From: Vitrella brassicaformis CCMP3155
Taxonomy: Eukaryota; Protista; Chromerida
Length of the DNA: 48,023 nucleotides
NCBI GenBank assembly: GCA_001179505.1
Contig: CDMY01000580.1
Span: forward strand, 1 to 48,023
Direction of reading: 5' to 3'
The position numbers and the translations under genes were made by a program. This document shows positions 1-11,700 of this stretch, in pieces; positions within the stretch are counted from its first letter, which is position 1; every line of letters begins with the position of its first letter. A model generated the notes under the pieces. The model ran no database searches. It had not been told where the DNA came from and saw only the letters and a list, made by a program, of their open reading frames with translations.

Positions 1-2
1 GT

Positions 3-701
3 AAGACCGATGGACTGGCCAGTCAGTCAAAGTTGTTTCTGGCCATGTATGGCATCATGAAGGGTGGTCAACACAGATCTCACTTCGGTGATGGCTGATA
101 AGATCGTGTCTCCTCAGAATGCTTTCCTTGTCTTTCCTTGTCTTCACCTCTCTCTCTCCGTTACACAGCAATCTACCCTAGCTCACAAGCTCGCAATGGT
201 TCGTCTTGCCAAGCTGGCAATCCTGACACCTGTGACATATCAAAGATGGACGACATCTCTGTTACGACGCGCACGTCATCTGGTGCTCTGAGCAACCTCA
301 TAGCAGATCTAGAGCAGTGCAAGGCGCCGACAGCAGCGCAGCCCATCGGTGCAGCAGCAGATGAGCAGCCTGAGGGGGGCCTGAAACGCACTGGTGGGTG
401 TGTGGTGGGGATCGGCATGCGAGGCAGCGAAGATGAGGAAGACGTGACATCACAACAGCCGACACGCGTGTGTGGATCTACCAGGCTCGGACACTCGATT
501 CGACGCGACGCCGCACGACAGCGATTTCGTCACAGGCGTCAATGCGGGCATACACCCCATCAGGTCACCAAGATTGCACACGCCTTTTTCTTCCCTGTGA
601 TGTGCGCGTGTACGGTGCATGCAGCTCTGCTTTTCGATGACAGTGTCGGGGGGTTCACCATCGGCCTCCCCACAGCCGATATGGCTCTGCCCAACCCCCA
701 G
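3..701 (+). CDS. Upstream exons (partial, 5' end outside window), possibly the N-terminal extension of the aminotransferase
   Basis: Open frame from the window edge KTDGLASQSKLFLAMYGIMK G|gtggtc; phase-1 acceptor tacacag|169 gives AIYPSSQARNG...; that frame stays open to CCCCAG|gtgttg at 701, and an 82-nt intron to ctgcag|784 enters the ALT frame. Confidence 0.4.
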
Positions 702-783
702 GTGTTGCATGGAATTGCACTGTTTTGGGCTACGCTGCACGGTTGGTCGGTGTGTGGTGTGTGGATATTGGTCCTGGCTGCAG

Positions 784-3106
784 CCTGGTGAAGAGGTTGA
801 CACACTGGCCATGTGGGCGGCGGGAGAGGGTGGGGACGGCGAGGCCGACGACAAGGTCCTCACGCTGCGGTCGGTGCCTTTCAGGGTTGTCAGGACACAG
901 GTGGGCACGGCACAGGACATCTCTGTGCATGTGTGTATGTATGTGTGTGTGTGTGTGTGTGGTGGTTTAGTATGCTGTGAGGGGCTGTGTGGTGACCAAG
1001 AGTTGGGAGTTGAGGCGGCAACTAAAGGAACACCCAGGTTGGCCAATCGGGAGACGTACACGCATCGTGCACTCATTACGCAGCTATGGAGAATCTGTGA
1101 CCTGTGTGTGTGTGTGAAGGTTCTTTGCCGTTCGACGACATCGTGGCAGCCAATATCGGCAACCCACAGGCTATTGGACAGCCCCCCATGACATTCAACA
1201 GACAGGCAAGACACAAATGCCAACGACAACCACGGGACAATCTCACTACTCGTCCCTCTCTCTCTGTCTGTCTGTCTCTCTGTCTGTGTGTGCAGGTGTT
1301 GTCGTGTCTGGCCTACCCGCCGCTGATCGACATGAACCCCAGCGGCTACCAACCTGACGTCCTCGAGCGAGCCAGGAGATACCTCGCGGCCTTCCCCAAC
1401 GTGGGCGCCTACAGCCACAGCAAGGGGGTCGAGGTGTTCCGCAAAGACATCGCCAAGTGGTTCGAGCAGAGAGACGGCATCAAGACCGACCCAGAGCACC
1501 TGTTCCTGACGGACGGCGCGAGCATTGCTGTCCACAGTATCATGGAATTGCTCATCAGCAATGCTACCGATGGTACGAACGCACATGGACATAACGCACC
1601 TTTCCAATCGCGCCTTTCTCCGTGCAGGTGTGCTAATCCCAGTGCCGCAGTACCCCCTGTACTCGGCGACCATTGCTCGCCTCGGTGGGCAGGCTGTGGG
1701 GTACTTTTTGGACGAGGAGAGCGAGTGGGCTCTGCACGATGAGGAGCTCGAGAGGGCGTACCGCACTTACACACAACAGGGAGGTACGCAGTCCGGCCAC
1801 AGACACACAGGGGGAGGGAGGTGCTGCTATGTGTGACTCTATGCGTGTGTGTGTGTGTGGTCAGGTCGTATTCGTGCCCTGGTGGTGATCAACCCCGGCA
1901 ACCCCACGGGGAGCCTTCTCAGCCGAGACAAGATGAAAGAGGTGAGAGGGGAGATCAGGTTGCTCGGAGATAAGCAGACAGCGATACACAACCGTTGGCT
2001 GCACGAAGTGGTGTGAGTTTGTCGTCTGACGTGATGTGGTGTGATTGTGATGTGTGTCAGGTGGTCCGTTTCTGTGAGCGCCGACGGATCGTTTTGATTG
2101 CCGATGAGGTGTACCAGGACAACGTGTACACCGACGACCAGCAGTTCATCTCATTCAGAAAGGTATCCACGCACCACACAAACACCACACACACAAACCA
2201 CGTGCAGCTACACTGTGTGTGTGTCTGTGCCTGCAGGTGATCGCGTCCATGGGTTCGCATCTCGAGGTGTTCTCGATGCACTCGTCGTCCAAAGGCCTGA
2301 CAGGCGAGTGCGGTGTGCGGGGCGGCATCATCCTGGCGGACAACATCCAGCCGTCGGTGCTGGAGCAGCTGTACAAGCTCTTCTCCATCAGCCTGTGCGC
2401 CAACACACTGGGCCAGGCCATGATCGCATCCATCCTCACGCCGCCAAAACCGGAAGAGCCCTCGTACGACACCTACAAAGCCGAGAGGTATGTGCTCACA
2501 GACGCAACACACTCGTCCAGCCTGCATCGTGTCTGTGTGGGTGTGTGGTGGGTGTGTCACCTAGAGATGAGATCTACCTCTCTCTGCGTCGCCGGGCCTG
2601 TATGGCCTACGAGCGGCTCAACCAGATGGAGGGCGTCCGGTGCAACCCAGTCAAGGGCGCCATGTACGCCTTCCCCAAACTCACACTGCCATCGAAGGCC
2701 ATACAAGCCGCTAGGTAGGCAATCCAACCACACACACACATCGGCTGGATGGCTGGATGGCTCGGTGGTCTGTTCTGTCTGTCTCTCTGTGTGTGTGTGT
2801 GTCTGTCTTTGTGTGTGCAGGCAAGCCAACCAGCTGCCGGATCTGTTTTATTGCCTGCAGCTGCTCCAGCACACAGGTGGCCGGGTGGCCGGCGCACCGA
2901 CCAACCAGGTGTTTATTCGTCTTGGTGTGTTGTGTTGTGTTGTGTTGTGTCGTGTAGGTGTGATGGTGGTGCCCGGAAGTGGTTTTGGTCAGCTGCGTGG
3001 CAGCTACCACTTCCGCATCACCATCCTGCCAGAGGAGAACAGGCTGGCCAACGTCTTCGACCGCATTCAGGCCTTCCACACCGAATTCCTGGAGAGATAT
3101 ACATAG
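784..3106 (+). CDS. GPT: Alanine aminotransferase (class I/II PLP-dependent, GPT/AlaAT), about 12 exons
   Basis: Spliced exons give KVLTL..|[77 protein letters not shown] (PLP lysine), [25 protein letters not shown]. Junction phases checked by hand. In-frame ATG at 811; stop at 3106. Confidence 0.95.
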
Positions 3107-3792
3107 ACACCGACAAGTGGCTGTGTGGTGGGCGGTGCTGTGGGTGCGTTTTGATGTTCGTGTCCGTGTGGGTTTTGTGCTTTATCCACTGCCACTCAGT
3201 GAGTGCTGTCTGTCTCGCTGCCTCCATTAATTGGAGCCCCATCTCCCTGCCACGGCGTGTGTGTCTGCAATGAGAACAACAGGATTATTGCCATTTTTGC
3301 TGCGCGACCGCATTCCTTAGTTCCCCATCTCTTTGTGTCGACATGTCTGCGCGTGTCTGACTCTTTCTCTTCCTCTTTCCCTTCCTGCATCGAGTGACTC
3401 GGATGACTCAATTGATGGTGCAACGTCACCGTCGATGGATTCATCCAGGTGACAGAGGCAAAGCTTGGGAGCGGGGGGGACAAAGACAGGGCGCTTATTG
3501 ACACGCCTTTTGCATGAGTGTCTGCCTTGTAGATCTCTCAATGGCACTGGGCACTTCACCGAAATCGACAGGTCACTTATTGTGTTTTTTGACCACATCC
3601 CATGTCGTGTAAAAACGGGGCAATGCGGGCCAGGCACCCACAAAACGGCAATTTGACAGCACACCAAAGAGTTCAAAAAGCGGAGGAAAACTCGGCGAGA
3701 ATCCGAGACGCGACAGGCCGAGACTGATTTACGAATTTGACGCTCATTCAAAATCCGCAGATCCTTGATGGGTGCTTGTTTGGTGTCTTGTT

Positions 3793-5362
3793 CGGCCACA
3801 GATCCTCCGGTTCTTTTCCTTCTTTCCTGGTTATTGGCTTATCTGGTTTCCCCCGTCGCCCTCTACCCCTCCCAACTCGTCCGGATGTCACGCGCCAATT
3901 CCTTGAAGTTCCTTCCTCCGCCGCCGTGCCCCGGGCAAGACCTCGCCCGCTGTGCCCTGCCCTCTGCTGAGCGAATGCCGACTGCCGACTGGCTTCCATC
4001 AGGTCAGCACACGTGTGTGGCCTTGTGTGTCATGTCTTCTGGCTGTGGCCGGTGATGGTGTGGTGTGTAAATGGTGTGAACGGTCCATTTCACTGCCGTG
4101 TGTGTGCTCATGTGCCTTCCTTTGTCATCCTCAGGTGCCAGTGGACCGCCTCCTTTTTTTCTCTCCTCGCCGTCTCATTCTCTCGACGCATTTCTCAGAG
4201 GTTGGTGAGTGCCTCACGAAGTGGCAATGAACGTCAGTCACCGCATGCATACTCATGTGTCAGCAAGAACTCATAATGCACTCTGTCCTGTCAGACGCGC
4301 AAGAGGCGCACACGGCGTATCTTTGACGGTACGCTTTGCGTCAACGAAGTGACTGACGGCATACGCACACTCTCTGCCAGTGACCGTCAGCTCAAGAGAT
4401 AAGCGCATCCCCGCCGAGCGAGTGATGCCGGCGGTGGATGCACCACTTAGCATGTCCGAGAGGGACCTTCGTGCGGCGGTGAGGGACTACACACGGCTCA
4501 AACACGCAAACGCCGCACTGGAGCAAGAGATAAGGGAGATGAGGGCCAAGTACGCCGACCTCGAACAGAAATACAATGAAGTGGCCAGAGAGAGAGATGA
4601 GCTGCGGGCAAGGGTGGCGGAGGAGGTGCTCAGGGAGAGGGGCGGAATGGGTGGGTGGATCCACGAGAGGGGGGGCGTGGTGGACCATCAATATCTCATC
4701 AAAAGTGGGGCTAAGAGGGTAGGGGTGAAGCTGCATGAGGAGGAGGGCATACTTCATATCAGTCAAGCCCAAGTAGGTGGATTGCCTTTTCACTCACTCT
4801 TGCCATTGAGCACTTCTGTGTTTGTGTGTTTGTGTGTTTGTGTGTTTGTGTGTTTGTGCAGCTTGATGCCCACGGGTTTAGCATGATATCATAGCAGAAA
4901 CACTTGTATAGCTGCTTCGGCCAATACTTTGTGTCGCTATTCGACACGACACTCAACAAGCCGGGCACGCACGTGGTGGGTCTCACACAGCACATTGCTC
5001 ATTTGTGTGACGTCGCATGCATTCTCACATGTGTGTGTGTCGTGTGCACGTGTGTCAATGTGTGTGTGTGTCAGGAGGTGTGGGCGGATAGGACGGCAAC
5101 ACCCGACAGACACAAGCTGCTTAGCGAGGGCATCTACGAGCACATCACCAACCGCCGCCCCAACAAGTGGCGCCACCTCTACACCGCCAAAGAGGTACAA
5201 CACAACACAACACAACACGGCACACTGCTGACTGTCACTCACTGCTTGTTTCACTTCATGTGTCGTATCGGTGTGTCTTTCATTGTCAATGCACTATCTC
5301 AAGGCCACCGGCAAGGGACACAAGATGACCATCCGGTTCGCGGCGGGTGACAGCTGCCTCCA
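3793..5362 (+). repeat. Segmental duplication, copy 1 (paralogous to 16734-18329)
   Basis: Collinear high identity by eye across exons, introns and intergenic DNA, from cggccacagatcc to gggtgaca(g/a)ctgcctcca. Confidence 0.95.
4425..5362 (+). pseudogene. Hypothetical coiled-coil protein, copy 1, with a premature stop in exon 2
   Basis: MPAVDAPLSMSERDLRAAVRDYTRLKHANAALEQEIRE... After the CAA|gtaggt..gcag|4862 splice it reads LDAHGFSMIS-TAG (4892-4894), where copy 2 reads LDAHGFKYDIIAKHQKHLYS. The net 9-nt loss behaves as a -1 plus a -8 deletion. Confidence 0.65.
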
Positions 5363-5459
5363 AGGGCCGAAAAGGATTTGGGGGCAGGAGGGACGGCGAT
5401 CCATCGCTGCCTTCATTTTATATCTGTCTGAACCTTTTCCTTCGATCCCACGATCATGT

Positions 5460-6270
5460 CAGTAAGGACATCAGACCCTGCTCAAAGGTACGCTTATACG
5501 CACGCACGAACGAACAAGGCATTAGTCGCTGTGGTTTCAGATTGCACGATCGCGGCATACCCCGAGAGCCTGCAGCTGCTGACTGTAAAGCCGGGCAATA
5601 CTGTGGCGCCACACATCGCATTCCTCCCTTTGTTGCGCGCAGAGTGTCGGCTTTGTTAAGAGAGACGGCACCTGGACCATCAGCAAGGCGGACTGCAAGA
5701 CAGCCCTCGTCAACACGTAAGGAAAGGCGCCAGCCAACCACCACTCGAGCTCAGCTCACAGCTCTCTCTCTTCTCTGTGTTGTAGAGTATTGGATCAGCT
5801 GCGCAGTGCCATCCCTCTGGCGAGCGAGCCAAAGACCCCTGAGCGCCGCCCTCCCGCCATGGCCAGCGACCTGCAGCAGCAGCGGGACGAGCACCTGGCC
5901 AAGTCGCAGCACAAGTACTAGAACCAGGGACACAGCGGCAACACAGGGGGCCCAAAGTGAGCATTCACACCCACACAAGGGCCTAATGAATGAATCGTTT
6001 ACGAGGGGGCTGAGTGATGTTCGTGTCATGGCTGCAGGTGCGTGACACCAGCGGCCGCTGGCACCCGTATGCGCCTCCCGACGGTGGCGCTGCTTCCGCC
6101 CGCAGACCTGTCGGCACTCTGGCAAGGGGCAGTGGAGCTGAACAGACGGTCAGTCAGTCAGCCGGCCGTTGCACACACCACAAACAATCTCCTACTCGGT
6201 GTATGCCATTGCTGGTGGCTTCCCTTGTTGCAGGCTACCGACAGTGTGGGCCGCCGTGCTCTGGAGTTGA
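5460..6270 (+). CDS. Hypothetical multi-exon coding region
   Basis: Canonical splice sites flank exon-like blocks (DCTIAAYPESLQLLTVK; RDGTWTISKADCKTALVN|gtaagg; VLDQLRSAIPLASEPKTPERRPPAMASDLQQQRDEHLAKSQHK). The 3' end is ambiguous and no family was recognised. Confidence 0.4.
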
Positions 6271-7592
6271 CCAACGAAAGCCGACTCGCGAGCGGCCGGC
6301 CTCGCTTGCAGTGGTCCCAGGTCAATCAGCCGGCAACTATCGGCCGGCATCCACGTACGAATGTGTGCTTCGTGTCGTCCGTGTTGGATTGTTTGCAGGA
6401 ACTCGCAACCAAGGCCGCACACCACCTGGTGGCGGTGGCCTCCACCACCACCACTTTCACCACCACCACCACCACCTGCCGATGAGGGGCTGTCCACGCC
6501 CGTCATGGGAGACTGGGACAATGAGCCCCCCCTGCCGTGGCACACCGAGGATCAGCACAACACCAACGCCACAGCCTTAAGATGGACACCACCGCTGCCG
6601 CTGCCGCTGCCGCTGCCGCTGCTGCTGCTGGGGGTGGGGGTGGGGGTGCGCTGCCGGGACGATGGGAGGGAGGAAGGGTGGGGGCGTGAGTGGGTGGGTG
6701 TTTAGTGGTGGGGTATGGCATGGTGGTTTGGTTTTTGGTCACGCGTGTCCGTGTGTCTGTGTGTGTCAAATTTGTGTGGTTCATTTCTTTTCTTTTCTTT
6801 TTTTTTCGAGTCAGTCGCGTGTCAGTGGCAGACGAACGAGGGAGGGAACAGACAGGGGAGGGAGGGAGACTCCAAGTGTGTACCTTACGTCCGTATCCAT
6901 CCATCCATGCCGTGGACGGAGCTCGGCGATGGTGCGGCAGCCCAAGGGGAAGGGGAGTGTATCGATGGGGTGTGCACATGGGTTGCCGTCTCGTTACTTA
7001 CGAGAGAGGGAGGGAGGGAGGGAGGGAGAGAGAGGTGTCTGGTTATCGCTACCTACATTTTATATCCGACAGGACGTGCAGGGCCATTTTCATGCTTGCT
7101 CATGTCTCCACGGAGCAATTCAGTTACGTCGAGGCATTGCAACCCTTTGGGCGTCTTGCTTCATCGCTGCCCACATTTTATAATGGAGGGGTTGAGCTGC
7201 CTATATTACAGCAGAGAGAGACCTATGTACGTCGAGTGGAGGACTTCAATGCTTGTGTCTCCACGTTAGTCCACCCACCGCATACCAAGCTCCTCAACGC
7301 ATCCCATTGAAAGCAGAGAGCGCTCACGCGTCCTTCATGTCATTGAGTGCTGTCCACCCAGTTACAATCGTAAAAGGACCCCGCATGTAGAGTCGATAGG
7401 AGCACCATTTACGACGGCAGACCACACACACACCGAAGAGCAGCGTCTGGTCGAGATGGACGACACACAAACAGATCACACCCGGCTCTTGCTTCCTCAC
7501 TACTGACTGGCGCACCAATCCATCCCATCCATCTCACTCGACATTTCATGCTACAGTGCAGACGCATTACTCCACACCACTGATCGATCCAG

Positions 7593-8600
7593 CTAACTTT
7601 GCACAACATGGTCAGCCACACGGGCACCACCACCAGCGGCAACTGGGGCGCCGCTCTCTGTCTCTTGGGCTGCAGCTGGGGCCGGCATGGCGGCCTGCAG
7701 CCCATAGAACTGATTCCACGGCGGCTGAGAGCACAACTTGCGATGCTCCTCCACAAACCTACCGCACAGACATCCGATGTGACACACACACATAGATGGA
7801 TGGATTGCACCTCCTGCCGATGGCTCACGTTTGTTTGTCCTTGGCGAATCGTGCGGCCGGCTGCAGTGCGTCTGCGAGGAAGGTGAAGTGAAGGTGAGAG
7901 CGATATGTCCACACCAGCGGGATGACTCCTCCTCTGTTTGGACGCCTGGTGGGCGCCTTCCTCGGCAGCGGTCCGTGTGGTGCCGTCGGTGCGCCAGTCG
8001 TAGCCGTGACTGAGCGAGAAGCGCCACAGCCCCCTCAGCGTCTCAGACCACTCATCTGAACCACACAGACATGACAGATCAACACAGAGAGCGAGAGTGG
8101 GCATCGATCTCGGCTGCTCCCCAAGGCCGGTGGCCTGTAAGTGAGGCATTTGTTGAGCAGCCGCAGCAGAGATGGCGCCTCGTAAATCACACTGTCCAAC
8201 ACGCAATACCTCTGCACCACACACATCTACACCACAGAGAGAGAGAGAGACCACATACTACCCAACCAGTGGTGAAGGAGGCAAGCAGGCACCCATGAGT
8301 GAGTCAATCGGTCAGTGGTCGATTGTAGTGTGTTGGTCCTTCTCGTCAGTTTGGCGACCGGTGATCCAGAGGTCCGATAGAGAAGGTAATGAGTCCCCGC
8401 TGCTGCAGCTCCTCAATGGGAATCGGCTGCACCACTCGGCACGACGCCGTCCAAACCACTGCAAACACACAAACACACACAAGCAAACACACTCACATGA
8501 GTCCAGCGGTGTCTTCCCGCTCTGTGCTTGTCTGTTTGACTCACTCAGACACCTCTTCGCCTCTCCACAGCCACTCGCAAGACAGCCTGCAGCTTCATTC
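7593..8600 (-). CDS. Mediator subunit MED6-like protein (5' exons unresolved)
   Basis: Minus-strand exons RYCVLDSVIYEAPSLLRLLNKCL and DEWSETLRGLWRFSLSHGYDWRT follow the order and pattern of the MED6 motifs YYII.GVIYQAPDL.SVINSR and RYHPSKGYWW. The last three exons splice in phase to the stop at 7593. One internal junction and the start are not resolved. Confidence 0.5.
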
Positions 8601-8748
8601 ATTCATTCATTCACTCACTCACTGCTTGCGTGTGCGTTTGTCATTGTCCTGGATGCGCTGCCGCCTCACAAGAGCAGCTGCCCTTTTCCCAGCTCACCAC
8701 CTTATCTGCGAGCTAGGGGAGCAGGAGCGACCGAAGTGACAAAGCGAA

Positions 8749-11700
8749 ATGAGAGGGGGATCTCGTGAACCGCCGCCGCTGAGTCAGAGCGACATCGATG
8801 CTGCCGTCGCAGATCTGCTTTCGTCATCGGACGAGGCCTTCACAGCGGCAGCGCGGACATTGGTTCGTGCGTGCATCAATCGACGCACCACCACAGAGCA
8901 GGCCCGAGGTGTGACCGCCCGGCTTCTCGAAGACAAAGATGGGCTGCGCCGCATACTCACCTGGCTGGTGGATGACGGCAGCAAAGAGACCCAGCTGGCT
9001 GCTGCAGATCTGCTCGTAGTTCTTTGTGCGGTAATCAAGCCCGCCCTGGCAGCATTGCAGCCATTTCAGATGGTGGATGTGGCTCGTGTTGTTGTGGATC
9101 TGGCGACATGGAGGCACATATCAGCAGATGGCAGCAGCCGCTACTATGGGCCCGACGAGAGCCTGGTCGTCAAGCACATCGTCGAAGCTGATGCTGCAGT
9201 GGATATCGTGACTTATGTGCGGTTGATGCTTCTTGCCTCGGTGCTTGAGGCTCTGCGCGAGGCTGCACCGCAGGAGGGCGCTCGACTTCGCGACTCACTC
9301 CTGGCTGACCACCTGACGACCATCAAGCAGTGCCTCACCGTCATGCTCACCGACACACACAGTCCTGTTTCGAGGACGGCGTCTTGTGCTTTCCAACAGC
9401 TTCTGCCGCTGCCATCTTCACCCGATGCGGAGGATCCCGCCCCCGTCCCCTTCCAGCTCTCCCTCCCCTTTTTTACACTCCTGGTCGACCATGTGGTGGA
9501 GCTGGCGAAAGGGGCGACGCACATGGACGCACAGGGGTGGCTGATCGTCGTTTGTTTATCTCATCGGGTCGGAAAGACAGCCTCACAGCCGCACCAGGAC
9601 GGATGTAAGATGCACAAGTGCGGGTGGGTGGGTGAGAGAGTGAGTAGCTGGCCGACCACTCAATGCTGCTGTCGTCTTCTGTGTGTGTGTGCCATGCGTC
9701 CATCAGCGCTACGGGCGAAGGACGTGAAGCGGCTGGTCGAAGAACACCTGTATGCACACATGGAGACGCTCGTGTGCCTCATCACCTCGAGAGAAGGAGA
9801 GATCTTGGCTATGGCGGCGGCCACACTGGGTGCCATCATGATGGCACTCAAAGTCATCGAGCAGTGGCACTCTCTCCCCCCTTTCCCCCCCTCGTCGTGC
9901 CGGCCGCTGGTTGACAACCCCTCGCTGATCACCAGAGCCCTTAAAGCGGCCAACGCCCTTCCTGACCACGACACCGAGCTGCCGCCAGCCGTCTACCCCA
10001 TAATGCTTACCTGTTTGACGATGCCGGCAAGATTAGCTATAGGTCAGACAGAATGGCCACGGAGAGAGAGAGAGAGAGAGAAATGCAGGAAGGGGCACAA
10101 AGTGACATGTAAAGACGGAGCTGGGTGTGTGCTGTGCTGTGCTCCTCTGCACAGCTTCGGGAGACATCGACGCAGGTCATCGATTGGTGGGAGCTGTCTG
10201 TCAGCTACTAGCCGAGCCTGCGGGGCTGCCATTCGTCGTGTGCATCGTGGACCTCCTGCAGTGGATGATCAAGTGGGCGGAGAGGGACGGGGGGGGCTCC
10301 TTGGAATAATTGACGTAGTGGCTGCCACATGCTGCATGCATGTGAATCTGTCATGGGCTGCCGTGCAGGCGTGGTGATGAGTTGGTCACTGAGGGCAAGT
10401 TCACAAGCAACCCATTCGTCGACCAGGTCGTTCAGGTGAGCACCGAGCAGAGGAGATGGATCATATAGCCACAGGTGGATCGTGACGTGTCCGTCTTCGT
10501 GTCTGTCCGTCTGCTTTATTGCCAGTGTGAGGCCGTCCAGCAGCTGAGAGGCCGCCCCGACCTTCCAATAGAGGTGAGCGACGCAACCAACGAAACCACA
10601 CGACCGAACAAGATGAGTCGATGGGTGCACAGATGCCTCTCTGATTCCCTCCGGCCTGTTTGTATAGGTGACGTCGTTCATCCAATCGCTCCCAAAGACG
10701 GTCAAAGTGTGCAGCAGCTCAGCCGCGACGGACCGATCGCACCGCCCAACCAAGCACAAGACAGCCTCGCACACCCATCCGGCGTCGGGGCCTCCTCCGC
10801 CGCCCCTCTCCCCCTCGCCGCAGCCCTCATCACCCCTCGACACCGATGCGCTGGTGGACGGCCTGCTATCTGACGACATTGAGACGTTCACCTCGGCAGC
10901 CAAAACCAGCGCTGACCAGGTGACGACTGCATTCGTCAAGCGGCTGGCCGTGCGGTTCGGAAAAGAGGGGGATCTTTTCCGTCGCGTCCTGATGCGTCTG
11001 GTGGATAGCGGAAACGACAAATGTCAGCTGGCGACCGCTGACCTGCTGGTCGGCCACTCTCATGACCTCCTGGACTACATGCACCCGTCGGATTGTCTGT
11101 CGGCCATCCGGCACATCTTCGATATCGTGACGTGGAGGGATCTTGAGGAGGTGGCTGAGGGTGGAGCGGAGGTGGCGTGCAAGGAGCTGTCGGAGGGAGG
11201 GGCGGAGGGGGGCAACAGCTCGATTGCGGAAGCTATCGTCAAGGCATCGTCAGGCGACGAGCCGCTGCCCCGCCCCGTCGACGTCGTGACATATGCGAGA
11301 CTTCGACTGATCCAATGCGCTCTTCACGCGGCCATCACACTCGAGGCGACGGGAGGGCCCCGGCTTCGCGCGAGTGTCCTCCAGACCCATCAAAAGACCC
11401 TCCGGCAGGCGATGGATGTCATTCGGGAGTTCAGACACGCGAATGTCGCTAAGGAGGCTGCCGTGATGCTGACGGCGCTGTTCACGCCCAGCCCTGTCGG
11501 CCCATCAATTCAACTCGTGCTCGAGTTCTTCTCCATTTTCGTCGAGGGCCTGAAGCAGCTGGGCGATGACGAGACAGAGGGGACGAGCCACTTCATATCG
11601 CCGCTGGTGTATGCCACATACTATCTATTGAACTCGCCACGCGAAGGTCAGAAAAGTGCACGTGGATGCGTTCTCTGGACGAGGCTGCTGTCCTTTGTCT

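Noticed and set aside
3420-3790. Microsatellite-free stretch upstream of duplication copy 1, a possible transposon end
   Set aside because: No terminal inverted repeat, TSD or transposase/RT motif was identifiable.
6421-6660. Poly-His/Thr/Pro and (CCGCTG)n ORFs
   Set aside because: Trinucleotide and hexanucleotide repeats are open in several frames; the coding frame cannot be determined.
7040-7310. ORF-like segment DRTCRAIFMLAHVSTEQF..LLNASH
   Set aside because: No recognisable motif or supporting exon chain.
7305-7312. ATTGAAAG resembles a CRISPR repeat end
   Set aside because: Only two copies, 9 kb apart, with no spacers or cas genes, in a eukaryotic context.
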